DNA of 63,481 nt, the filler included, from Choristocarpus tenellus KU-1152 (Eukaryota; Protista; Phaeophyceae), in the NCBI GenBank assembly GCA_964200185.2. It is 8 parts of 8 records of this genome, joined end to end, with 100 filler letters (N's around TTAATTAATTAA, not from the genome) between each part and the next. Parts side by side here need not be neighbours in the genome. Positions count along the whole stretch, not along the records: positions 1 to 27,045 come from CAXNAD020000156.1; 7 more parts are not named here. One strand, given 5' to 3'. The notes under the pieces were generated by a model, which did no database searches, was not told the DNA's origin, and saw only the letters and a list, made by a program, of their open reading frames with translations. Below are positions 1 to 13,018 of the stretch, one piece after another. The position numbers were made by a program, and so were the translations under genes. Positions within the stretch are counted from its first letter, which is position 1; each line of letters begins with the position of its first letter.

Positions 1-190
1 CAAACCACCCCCCCCCCCAGATACTTTGACCCAAAACAAAGCGACATGTTGTGTGTTGCTGACAACAGAACATTAGGTTTGGCTTAACATTGGAAATAAG
101 TTTGATGGGATAGGATACAACCGCGGTGTACTTTCTCACACTTTGGACATATGACTAGAGCTCCAGGGTGCACCTTCGGAGTGTTGTTGA

Positions 191-450
191 GAGTGAAAGT
201 ATCTTATAAGGTACGATTCTTGCCCCGTTTGTCAGTTTGGGGCTTGGCTTCCCATATTTTTTTCATGACAGTTTACCTACTCCAAAACATTTGGGAGTAG
301 GTGAAATGTATACGTTATGAAAAGGTGTGTTCGGAACAAGGATATTGACACTTCCTAACAAACACAATAGCCAAAATTACTTCAAAATCGCAACATTGGA
401 TTTTGGCTCCCAAACGGATGCGGCTCTATCCCTTTAAGATACTTTGACTC
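191..450 (-). mobile_element. MITE family B (about 260 bp, TIR GAGTSAAAGTATCTTA..), full copy
   Basis: Ends gagtgaaagtatctta / taagatactttgactc. Reverse-complement homologue of 39363-39622. Internal hairpin cctactccaaaacatttgggagtagg. Confidence 0.85.
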
Positions 451-535
451 CGATTTTAACTGATACACAGAACAACAGTGGAATGATAAGCTAATACAAG
501 GAAGAAAATGTATTTCTTCCCCCTCGAGTATGCAG

Positions 536-752
536 ATTGAGAGCGACTGCGGATGGAACACAAGTAGTCCTTTAGTGAGAGATGTGTCAGAGAGCAGGGC
601 GTACGAGATCCTTAGCAATGGACAACTTCATCCATCTTGTGGAGGACAGACATGGACAGACTGCGATTTTTCCACTGGCTATACTCTTGATGACATTGAT
701 GATGGAACATGTGATGAAGAGTTGAACACGGAAGGATGCAAATATGATGGTG
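536..752 (+). CDS. Isolated internal exon encoding an LNR (Lin-12/Notch repeat)-like motif; gene fragment or pseudo-exon
   Basis: Acceptor tgcag at 531-535 and donor GTGAGT at 753. The peptide ends IDDGTCDEELNTEGCKYDGG, matching the LNR consensus GDG.CD..CN...C.YDGGDC. Other exons were not found. Confidence 0.6.
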
Positions 753-761
753 GTGAGTTCA

Positions 762-946
762 GGCTCAAAGTATCTGGGGGGGTGGGGTGGCGACTGTTCA
801 TTCAGCGCCCTTTTTTCCATGTCGCGATTTTCGGGTGAATTTGGTTGCTTGCGTCGGATGGATAACGTAAGTGCACTTCTCCTGGTTAGGACCCGAATGG
901 ACACCCTGGTGTAGACCCCCCCCCCACTCCCTCCCTACTTTGAGCC
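762..946 (+). mobile_element. MITE family C (about 185 bp) with perfect 4-bp TSD TTCA
   Basis: TIR ggctcaaagta / tactttgagcc. TTCA at 758-761 and 947-950. Homologues at 42134-42318, 44942-45130 and 27146-27261. Confidence 0.9.
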
Positions 947-959
947 TTCAGCAGCATTG

Positions 960-1430
960 AACCATGGGACAGTTGAGAAACAAACACGGTCAGTTAAAGT
1001 GACTCATGAAGATGACGCCCAGGATCATTATTTCTAAAATGAGTTGGGTTGTGAGTTTTGGAAACCTGAATCATGGCAAGAGTGAGGGGTTGGGGGTGGA
1101 AAATTCAGTCCAAAATTTTCACCATTGGTCGGCTTCTTTTCCACATGGAGTCAATAGGTAGAATGTTGTGTTTGTCAGTAACAGTGATAGTAACAACTTC
1201 TGCCGCCCCTTTAATCTTCATTAGAGAAAATGACAACTATGACAACAATATATCTTGATCAGTCTCATGTACCAGCTCCCCACTGGTTCCTCTTTGTCAA
1301 GATTCGAAATCCCCCTCAGTTTAGTTTCCGCATGCATATGATCAATGTCTAGTAAATCTCACCAATCACACCCTGGGTTAATAGAGGTAAATCATCACTT
1401 TGAATGCCTCATGATTGCCAACTACAATTG
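960..1430 (-). mobile_element. Possible highly decayed Ty3/Gypsy RNase H remnant
   Basis: Weak motifs HEAFK, FRILTK and ITVTDKHNIL (cf. SRKL..AE..Y and V.TDH..L). Confidence 0.3.
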
Positions 1431-1519
1431 TGAAAAATGATGGCGGTGGGGGCACAAGATATCACAAACGGGTGATATTTTTTTTGCTTTGTGTGGCACA
1501 AGACCTTCCTCAACGTGTA

Positions 1520-1797
1520 ATTCTTATTGTTCTAGTATACTACTCCTATTATTCTTATCGTTCTAGTATACTACTCCTATTATTCTTATTGTTCTAGTAT
1601 ACTACTCCTATTATTCTTTTCGTTCTAGTATACTACTCCTATTATTCTTATCGTTCTAGTATACTACTCCTATTATTCTTATTGTTCTAGTATACTACTC
1701 CTATTATTCTTACTGTTCTAGTACACTACTCTTAATATTCTTATTGTACTAATATACTACTAATATTCTTATTGTACTAGTACACTACTCCTAATAT
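1520..1797. repeat. 31-bp minisatellite, about 9 copies
   Basis: Unit attcttattgttctagtatactactcctatt. Confidence 0.9.
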
Positions 1798-4666
1798 TTT
1801 CCCACCCCTTTTTTTCATCAGGACCAAGTACTCCAACTCTCATGGGACAAGGCCCAATCCAAAACCTAGGTCAAGCCTCACCCCCATAATAACAACTAGG
1901 CAAGAATAGACAGTCATAGATTGCCTTTCCCAAACTATAGTGGCTATCTATACTGAAACGCTGCCCTGCAACAATCTTTTTCTTTGAAATGTGCATCTAA
2001 AGAGTGCTCTCTCCCACCTTGGTATAACATAACGTTCCTGCCAGGCGACTGCTGTGGCCTCACCCTTGAAGATGCAGCTGCCGCTTGTTTGGATCCCTCA
2101 TATTCACCACCAGAACTTTCCTCAGCTAAACCAGTGAAGCCTTGCCAGGGACTTGCACTTGCAGCTGCCGTGGGTGGCTTGACTTTGTCGTTCTTTTCTG
2201 GACTAATTACCTAAGTCGCTCAAGCTGTCGATGCTGCCACTGTGGTTTGTGCAGGCGTTACTGCTATGTACGAGGTGTTGTGGTCACATGTGCTAGAGCA
2301 ACAATTGTACTACTTCCCTCCCCTGCAGTGTCAATCGCTGTAGTTGCTTTTGAATAATCTAAACTTGTTGACCTGAGTCTGCTCAATAACTGAGATATAA
2401 GAAAGTACTAGTAGGAGGGTTAGGGGTCGGTCGATCCCAGTGTCACCTTGTTATTGTCCTGGAGCAGTACAAATCCAAGATTTTGCTGCCATGGCAAGGC
2501 CTCCTTTATCAGATTTTCATTGGTGGTGTGATTAGCCAAGTCTCTCCACCACTGTAGCGTAAGAGGTCTTCAACAAAAGGGCAGGTGTTGGAGACCGTAA
2601 CACACCCATGGAAAGCACTCAAAGCACTATTGTAATTGGAGGCAACACCAGAAAACACTGGTGTGACATGAAGGTAGCATGCTTTGTGAACTATGAGATT
2701 TGTGTCTTAACATGAACAAAGTTAGTAAGAATTGGATTTTCAAATACACCATGGTGGGAACACACTATGGTTCACACTGAGGATCTATCAATATATACTG
2801 TTAATAAGAATACTTGCACTACACATGGAATTATGACTTTGCCATTTGCTCAGTGAAGGAAGAAAACAGGAGTTAACACGGCATCCAAAACAGGTGGATT
2901 CACTACATCACCCTTGGGAAAGGCAAGAGCTAGTTCTACAGTAGGAACAGTGTGTTTTACCTTGAGGGATGTACAATACTTGATATGCTTGAGTCAAATA
3001 TTACATTTAAGAGCACTAGGTGTCAATTGATGTGATCATACCACGCAGTTGATAGTTCCTTTATCTATGTCTTCATGCATACATTAAAGTTGTTTGGACC
3101 ACCACTCCCTAGGTACTTTCCCATCTTTCACTTAGACACGACAAAATGTGTATGGGCTCTAGAGCTCCAAGTTGAACAAAATGAGATAAGAGCCAGGCAC
3201 CCTCCAAATAGGGCTGGCCACAAATGTCCTCAACTAATCACTCCCTTCTTGTGTGTTGAACACATGCTATGGGTTCGGTGTTTTAGTATTTGAAGGGAAG
3301 GGATCCACTCTATAGTACCTGTTGTTTATCCCATTGGAGTACTACAGCTTGTTCTACTAAGACTGCAACACACTGAGCTCTACTGTTGGGGTGTATGTGT
3401 GCTTAACCATTTATCAGAGGTGTCCTTGCTCCAAGCATGATACAAAGACAACAAGAGTGTTCCTTTATCGAATATTCTCTTAGGGTTAGGGTTATCTCAT
3501 GTCCATGATCTCCATTCCTTGTGCGATACCTGCTGTATACTTGGTGAATAATGCTGCAGAAGTAAGGTTTCCGATACCAATTTCCACACCAGATCACTGA
3601 TATTATTAATGAATATGTGTGTCACAGAGTACATGGGAGGAATTAGGTAGGGCATGTGATATTTTCTTGAATTTTGAAGTTTTCGTGATCCTCATCCATC
3701 CATCCATTATGGATGCTAAATTATACACGGCATTAAAAATACCTGCATACACCTATATAAAGCTTGACTGGTACTACTCACAAAAAAGTGTTGGAGAGGA
3801 AGAATCATGATGCGGCTGGATAGAGAAGAAACATGAACACAGGTTCCTCGCCCAGCTCATTGAGGAACTAACAAATGCTACTATTTTGAACAGATTGCAC
3901 CTGGGTGGGATTGTCTGCCAGCATATCTTTGTGAGCGACTTAGGGTGGCATGATATTCATTGTAGCAAGGTACAGATAGGTAAAAAATGGAGGGAGTTCA
4001 GATCCCCACATTGTACGCTACTCTCTGTGGTATTGCTTTGAATGGCAAGAAATACTAAAATCGATATATCAATAACAGTGGGCTATTGATGTAATTTCAA
4101 ACAAACTACACAATTTCAAACCTGCATGAGCGAACTTCGACCGGGTTTGCTCAAGTTACATAATTATACTTTCAAGTAGGCTAGAGGAGGTTCGATAGCG
4201 AAGATGTGTGAACACAAAAATGTACAGCTATGTAATGCATTTATCACATGACACCACATGCCGCCTTATCACCATTATCATTATCATTGTTATCAATGAT
4301 AGTATCCCTACAATAATTCTTGACACAGGTCCTTTGCTGATACAAATATAATATGCAGCGAGCTAGGAAATCTAAACTCAACTCTGAGCTATCTCCAACT
4401 CCAACAAAACAAACTAGATTGCATAGTGAGCATGCACTACATTTTGCCAACCCATTACAGGACACACAATCAAATCAAATCAAATCAAATCAAATCAAAC
4501 AATACCATACCATACCCCATCAGCACACAAAAGGTCAACACACAGAAAGTCTCTGAACTTGTTAAATTCACAAGAAAAATTCTTCAAGTATCTGGTCTAC
4601 TTCAACCAGTGCCAGTGCAAGAGTGTGGAGGACGGCAGACTATTGATTACAATTCCTCATGGCCAT

Positions 4667-7600
4667 CTACCACCTAAAGCAAGGAGTTGAGTGTGTTGGT
4701 GTTGCACCACCTTTTAGGTGTGTACAGAATAGGGATGAGAGGAGCAAAGGGTTGGGCATCTCAGCAGACCCTTGTTCGACTCCAAACTCTTGAGAATGCA
4801 CCCCACTGGTGATGAACACAGAAGACATCTTGGCATCAAGGGCTCCCAAGATGTCATGGCTCAATGAATCACCCACTGCACACACCCGACTCTTGGCTTC
4901 TTGTGACTCTTGATCCATCTGATACATAGTAGGTTCAAATGAAGGATAAGGACATGATGTTAATCTTTTTTTTATTTATCTCAAGTATCACAATCGTCAC
5001 TGTCATGATGTAACTAACACATATTACCACATCCTGCAAAGGGAAGTCCTTGCATCATACTTGTGCTTCCACTACTATGAACACACTACTCCAGGGGGAA
5101 TACACTAACAACACCTATTTCCAAGACGATAGCGTATTGACACATATTGACACATTTTGATCCCTCCTTGTCTTGAGATATCAGCCACTGTGGGGATAAG
5201 GGTACCTAATCAATATGTATTTTGGACAATAACTGACTTCAGGGTGACCATTCTGTGTACAATACACAATAAAAATAGAGTTTGTTTGCATTTTATGACC
5301 CCCTGCAATCAAGGCATCTCTTGTCTCCACACCACAACTAATACAAATACATACTTTGCTATCTATTACTAATAATAGAAATATTCACCACCTCAACACC
5401 ATGGTACCAACAGCAACAGACAGTCTCACTTGTACCCAATACCCCAAAACAATACCTAACCCTAACCCTAAGTAGTGTTTGAGCAGATATCACAGGAAGA
5501 TGTAATACTAATAGCTAATACTGACTTAGGGTTAGGGTTAGACTCTTTCCAGAACTGGTAAAAGAGCACGCAAAGATGAGTACCCAAAATAACGTTGCCT
5601 CCGGTGGCACCCTTCTAACCAACCAGAGGAGTGTGTAACACATGCTGTGACTACAATTCAAACTCACCAACACCTTTTCATCCATAGCACCAGCCCATAC
5701 TACCAGTATCTAACCACCTTTTAGGACCTCAACCCTGTTACATTCTTGTGACTTAAACTTCTACTTCATGAACAATCTGCCCTGGAGTACTTGTTATTTC
5801 ATTCCTACACTTGCAATATATATGTATATATATGTCACAACTCAACCAATAATCCAAGGTCTGTTCCAACTATGATGACGTATACTATTGATAGTATAAA
5901 ATAAAATAAAATAAAATAGCAAGTCCTTCGGGGAATAATAAAAAATATATATAGATATATTGCAAAGGACTAAAAAATACTTGTAATGGCAGTTGACACT
6001 AATTCCCTTCTTCATGCAGAGCTTACCATACATATCGATATTGGAAAGATACTTCTCTTCCAGGAGTAGTGTTTAGGGTTAGGGTTAGGGTGAAAAAACA
6101 GTCAGAAAACCGCTTTTGTTCGGTAGGTAGTAGGGTTAGGGTTACTGGGGGATTCAATTTGTTCTCACATACCTGACATCAAGGTGTAACCACAGTGATG
6201 ATGACAGTAAACTCTTACTTCCACTCCAAGAATCTAAAGACAATAAAGAAGCTAAATATGAAAGAGAAGCACGCATGGCATTTTGGTTGTTATAAACAGC
6301 TCTGAGACCCTGGTGATATACCACAATATAGCGTATAACATGGTGACTGTGCTGGACCATGACTGTAAAAAATAGTAAATAATTTAAAGTATAATAATAA
6401 TAATAATGCTCCCCTCTTTCTTTTACAAGACCCCATCTACAATGGACACAAGTCAAAGACTACTTTCATGGACACATCGTAAGTTCCCAGGTGTTTCAAA
6501 TAACCCTAACCCTAAGTCTGAGTATCAACACCAAATAAAGTCACATAAAACAACAGCTACAGGAAAAAGAAGCCATATATATTTTTTGTAATAATAGAAA
6601 AATCCACTTACCATTTACAAAATAGTAAGAATACTTCGAATGACAATAAGAACAGTAATAACACTAAAAAATGAAAACAAGAACAGTAAGAATACTTTAA
6701 ACGAAAACAAACTTGAGACAGAAATGTATCATCCACAGACAATCAGTTGCTAGATCACCAAGTGCTATGCATCATCACAATCTATCATCCAGAGCACCGA
6801 TCCCTCCCTTCACCAATCATCAAACATCAAATATGTTGGTTGACCTTGAGGACCTCCAGGCACTTGTGGTACACCAAGCTGTAGGGTTTGCCAACCATTT
6901 CTGTTCTCCCCCCAGCCTCTTGATAGTCTTGTCCAATCAAACCCGGCATAGGGTCGTTGGTACCCGGGCGCAAGAAATCTGTAGGGTTAGGGTTAGGGTC
7001 AGGGTTGACAGTGACAGTTACACACAGGAAAGTTCTTGGAAAATTCCTTAGAGGATTTGTACAAAGGCTTACATTTTCTGGTACTCAAGACTACTGTTAC
7101 CCTTCAACGCTTTGAAACCCCCTGTGAGAAGATTGGTCACACACCACTCCTGCAGATAGGGTAGGTACTAGGGCACATGAGATAAAGTGATAAGGTTATG
7201 TTCTTGATCGGATCCCTAACACTAACCATTGGCAAAATCAGTACCATCCAGTTCATCATGCTGCTGTCCTAAAGTGACGACCAAAATCTCTCTTTAGTCT
7301 CACAATACCCTCTTTAGTCTTACAATACTCTCTTTAGTCTTACAATACCCTATAAAATATCTTTTAAAACAAACACCGAGGAGATATAGAAAGGAGGAAC
7401 TGAATGGATGCATGCATTAAATTGAATAGACCTGAATACAGAATACAGAATACAGAACACAGAACACAGAACAGGATGGCCCCTGCGATTAGTACAAATA
7501 ATCTAATGTACCATGTACCATCACAATAGTATCACACTAGTGACACCACCCAAATAAGGGCATGCAACAGGAATGGCATTGGGCCATTGGTAAAAGGAGT

Positions 7601-10600
7601 CACATGTATGAGTGTTAACCAATATCTGAGGATGAAGCCTGTTCTGCTATAGTATAATAGTATAAATAGGGGAGTGCCTGTATGTCACAGCCTTTTGGAT
7701 GATGACTTTCCCTTTTTCTTAGAGTGTGTGTGTGTGTGTGCTTGTGTTTGTGTTAGGGCTAGGGCTAACTGTTGAAAAATTGTTGTTGTAACCAAATTAT
7801 TTACACAATATACCAATATATATAGAAAATAAAATATTCAATGTTCAATAAAACCTATACAATTTACAGCTTGCAAGGCAATCACTCCCCTGGGGGAAGA
7901 TGCACCGCCTCCAAATGATATTGAACACCAACCACACAACATAACAAGACATAAAATAATAATGATAATAACAAAGTGTTGTGTCCTCTTCATTAGACTT
8001 GAGATAGCAATATAAATATTATCAACAGAAATAGTAAGAGTTTCAATATAAATATCATGTTTGCAAGCTAAAAGGATCTTTCAAACAGTATCATAGTATA
8101 CTGTTCATAGTATTCCTGACATCAATGGAGACGTAATACAATCCACAGTAGGCACTTCATACCAAAGAGGACTCAATTGCGCACACTTGGTAAATAATAT
8201 CAATAAATTTGATTAGTATATCATAATAAAAATCAATATTATCAGATTATCATAATATCAATAAATTTGATCAGTGTACCATAATAAAAATGTTCTGTAT
8301 CCTAGTGCCTTCTCAGCACTTGGAATACTTGGAAATCACAAGGGTACTACAAACATTACAATACCATTACATCCTATTACATGACAAGGGGATGAATAAT
8401 GTTAGCGTATAAAATATGCAACGCTAACCCTAACCCTAACCCTAAAAAATTATCCATTGACATGAATCACACAATTTTTAGGATAGGGAGAGTATCTGCC
8501 TGTACACATAGTGATTCTCATTCTGTCCCATTCCTCATTGGATTTTTAGCGTCTCACCAGGGTTAGTAACCAGCATTGGGATCCCCCTTTGTCTAGCCTC
8601 TTCCAGAATCCCCTTCACTCTTGTCCCACCACTGCCTTCCATGATATTAGGGGCATATCGCTGCACACCCTTGGAGTCCACAACCACAAAAGATCCTCTT
8701 CACAAGTAACACACAACACACAACACAGTGTTAGAGGGGTACATTAACAGAAAGAGTACGGGATTAACCTAACACACCAAAACTCAAACGTGATAACTGT
8801 CCCATTCTGTGCTACCATTGTGGCTGAGTGGCTGGTGGAGGCTATTCCCATCATCAAGTTCATGTGGTAAGCACCACAGTTGCATATTTCCATCATACAG
8901 GTGTACCCTGTACAGTACTGTCCCATGTAATGCTCTAACCCTAACCCTAAGGGGTACACTATTGGTAATATAATTAATTGGTTATGATTGGGTCACGACA
9001 AACTATTTATTGAGAATAAAACTATAACTATAACTCTATCTCTAACATGGTTAATACTACTCATCACCAATGAATAGTACAAAATCAAAGCTCAGATTGG
9101 GTTCACCGCCTGATAGTACTTGCAACTCCTCAAAAATGAAGTATGTTTTGAAAACCAGTGTTTGAAGGGGTTATGCTATATCAATAATTCAGTCACGTAC
9201 ACAGCCCAAACTGTCCTTCAACTCCCTGGTCATAGTGAAGGAAATACCCACTACGTCAGATTCAATTCTTAGAAATACCGACTGTTACAATCTTCAACTA
9301 GAAATTCCACCTTATTCTTTTATTATCTAAAGTCATTACATTACCAACTCTTAGCACGCTTCAACCGGACTCACACACACTATCACAACAAATCACAACA
9401 AAAAACAGGCGATGAAGGTAACAAAGGTTCATTGCCAACTGGTGCTGAAGTGGGTACAGCAAAAGAGATTAAGAGAATAAGAGAGGGGCCGGGGTGACAA
9501 GTGAGAAGTAAGGCACCCATGAAAGCGCTACAACTACTACCACCTGTAGGGTTAGGGTTAGCATAAGTTACAGTGTTAACAGTCATTATAGTATGACAAG
9601 TAGAGTAGTGTGGACTAACCCTAACCCTAAGTGCCTCTTACCACGAGTCAAGGTAGTCGTTAGTCTTGAGTGAAGAAGCAACACTAGTGTTTAGGGTTAG
9701 GGTTAGTGGTAATATTAACTTCTAATGTGTACATTATTATTGTATGACTTTACTACAGTGCGTGTTCAGTAGTGGTAGAATCAATCAGTGTTAGGGTTAG
9801 GGCTAATATTCAGGGGAAAGGTAGCTATCTTACACGCACCATCTCTGCTGCAATTGAAGTAGACAGTAGGTAAGCATAGATGGTCAAGAAAACAAAGAGA
9901 CTATAAGTAACAAACCCTAACCTTAACCCTATTAATAATATAGCGATGCAACAATCTCCATGCAATCACACAAAAATGATCCTCATGGAAGTGCTTATGA
10001 ACAATTCATATTTATATTTATATATAGGGGATCAAATTAGTTGACATTTGGCATGGTTCATTGAGCAGCCTGAGACATCTTATTGTCTATAGCACCATCC
10101 CCAACACATGTCAACCTTGTCATGGATACATGCAACCATCCCTAACACTTGCTATCAGACAAAGAGAGGGGTAGCGCTAGGATGAGGTGACTGTCAGCTT
10201 TCTTTGATACAAGTCTATCTCCTCAATACATACCTCTATCCCCTATCCCCAATCAAGATCAACAGTGATCCAGTTTTAACTTACCTGGCAAGGATGAAGT
10301 CAGCTTGCTCCACATCTGCCAGCACACACCCTGTACTCTCAACATACTGCATAAAGAATCACATGTGAATGGGAGGTGGCATGGATGACAACGGCAAACT
10401 TGTGTACTGATGTAAAGTGAGTGTCAGAGAGTGGCATGCCAATATATCATACTGCGGTTGAGTGCTGAGACTCCTACCCTAACCCTAACTTAATACAACA
10501 TAGTAAATAAACTACAGTACACAGTAACGCTGTGCTATACTGTTTAATTTGTTTTAATAGTGTACAGGGGATACAAGGGATACAATTGGTGAGGGGGAGG

Positions 10601-12725
10601 GGGGAGTGTTTCCCATGCACACCTACTCCACCAAAGGTACTCCCACAATAACGCCTAATACAATTTAATACTAACATCAACTACTCAAATGCTTCAAAGT
10701 ACTCAACCATACAACTTTTGACTCCTCCATTATGTCCCTCTACTCTCCAACGTGCTTCACAGTAGTTTGTGATGTTGATACCAACAGGGTTAGGGTAGTT
10801 GACTTCATAGTTTATAGCACGAACACCCATCACAATTGACCCTAAGACTCCATCCAGCACAATAAAATGTCACTACACAATTCAACCAGTAATTGTTGTT
10901 GGAAGCAGAAATCGCATGCATTGTTATTTGGGGCAAGACCTTTACAGCATCTCTCTGTGCAGGGCTTCACACAAAACTCTTATCTCTTGCCGTAAAGGGG
11001 TCAACTGGTCTAACCTTAGAGCTGTTGATATCAAATACTCTGTTCAACAAATGTCCTTTGGAACACGAGCATTGATGCATCTCATTTCATAAATTACCAA
11101 AGGACACATCAATGTACCAACCGGATGCTTACCTCAGTGGGGTACAAGCTGACCTGATCAAAATTATGATAGAAATTCCTCAATGAACAAGAGCATAGAC
11201 AAAAAACTTGTGATAGACTACTGAATTAAAACTACTTGAGTAGTAACAAAACAAGCTGCCTTTGGTCACAGTGGTACAAGTAACCTGTTGCATTGGCTCT
11301 AGCCCACAGGCGGTTGAGTTAATAATGCTAGTGGGGTACAAGTACTCAGCATCATATATCACCTCCACGTCATCATCCCCATTGCCTAGAACCAAGCATC
11401 TTGTTCCCAAGTTTTGAAAAAGTTCCTCTTCCCTAGCCTTGAGGCCTTCCCATGCCAAATCGCCACTGGTCACTATATCCAGGATACTTGACTGCTCAAA
11501 ACGGGGAGGAGGGTATTGCGGGCGGCACAATTCACAATTTCACGGTCAAGTGAGCTGAGATAAAACAAGTAAATAATTTACTGTATAACCCTGTTAACCA
11601 CTGCAATATGAACCTACGACATTGAAACCTATGGATAACGGCAGTCACGAACGTTCATCATGTTTGTCGTACAACTTGGGTTACCATTGTGTTGTCTGGC
11701 CATCAATGTGGAACAAATTCCACCACGGTTCAAAGTATGTTGACCTGTACTTATAAACACTCCACAAGTGTACCAGAACCAAACCAACATTAAATGCGAG
11801 GCAGGAAGTGGTGACAAAAATGACAACTACTTTAAAACGAACACTTCCCAAATACTGATAAACTCAGAAAAGCTCCACCGCCATCCCCAAGAGCAATATT
11901 TGGTGTTCGACAGAAAATAGCTTGATGTATTCATTGTATTCTTTGCCCTATGCATTTTTTCTTATTCTCTCGATGACAACACTTGAAAAATGTCAGTGGC
12001 CATAATAATGTGTATGGACAATGTGCCTCGCGATTGTTGTCAAGTATTGCGACGTATTCGAGACCATAAGGTTCCCGACATCGACTAGCAATAAATATGA
12101 ATGCAGCAGACTGTCACAAACGCATCCCAACCTCCAACATGACATCGCACCGTACCGTATCGAAGCCCATCCGTTCCAAATTCCTGAACGCTGCATCCTT
12201 TCGCTTGGACGAGTTGCTCAAAAGAATCTGCGCGGCGAGCACCCCACGAAAACGAGTAACAGTTTCCTCTTCATGCGGAATAGACACGATACATGACCGC
12301 CTATTGTGGCTTGGGACGATGTGCAATGCGATGTTCCACGTACAATTATTGTTGATGATTCGGATCTCAGAGCATCATCATGTGAAACTAGCTTTTTGAA
12401 GGCTTACAATTTTTTTCCCTTTCGCTATCAAGCGCTGAAAACACTCCACTGCTCCCGGATACGGATTTTTTCCATCGTGGAGGACGCCCCACTGGTCGAT
12501 CAAGAAGCTGTCATAGTCATCAACCACCTCCTCCAAGCCTCGAACAAGCGATATTCCCTCTTTCATCTTGCAATCCGTGGCGTACCTCTTACTTTTACTC
12601 CAAGGTACTGCTGATCCCGCCTTAGCTTTGCTTGATCTGCGAAGTCGTATTCCATCCGAACCAACCGTCAGACCAAGGATGAAAGCCAAGATGGCGAGTG
12701 GCTTCACAAGGTTCATTACAAACAT
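4667..12725 (-). CDS. HAD-superfamily class IIA hydrolase (TIGR01459-like), 7 exons, predicted N-terminal signal peptide
   Basis: Exons read by eye with GT-AG borders and consistent phases: 12408-12725, 12156-12227, 11363-11491, 10285-10346, 8558-8697, 6845-6978, 4667-4918. The spliced protein has the HAD IIA motifs FLIDQWGVLHDG..PYPGA, LLSNSS, IVTSG, MLVTNPD, MPG, VGKPY and AVGDSLSHDILGA...SVFITSGVH. Hydrophobic N-terminus (LAILAFILGLTVG). Confidence 0.93.
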
Positions 12726-13018
12726 CAAATGAATATTTCAATTAAGGAGTTGAGTGAGATTGTTGTGGAGTGTTGGATTCAAACTGAACCATGCTTAAAC
12801 TGACTCGGTTAAATTTCGGTTGGGGCAGTTATCCTCCCATTTACAAAATCCATAAACTTTAGGACATAGATCGACCCCATTTGCATTTTACATTTGCAGG
12901 TCCAGGTAGTAGTGACTACATTGCCTTATAGCTCATCTGGAGCTTTGTGCAGTTTGAGATTTTTCTTATCTCAAAGTCTTCTCTGGGCATGACTCTAATG
13001 TAAGGGTGAAAGGTGGAG
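12726..13018. promoter_or_regulatory. Putative bidirectional promoter / 5' UTR region between the divergent HAD and GT14 genes
   Basis: The ATGs at 12725 (-) and 13019 (+) are only 293 bp apart, and the flanking first exons are CpG-rich. Confidence 0.7.

Noticed and set aside
1520-1797. 31-bp direct repeats resembling a CRISPR array
   Set aside because: No unique spacers, no cas genes, eukaryotic context; a plain minisatellite.
1950-4050. Decayed coding-like sequence with a possible Copia LTVYID motif near 2785-2810 (-)
   Set aside because: A single weak motif; flanking RT motifs could not be read.
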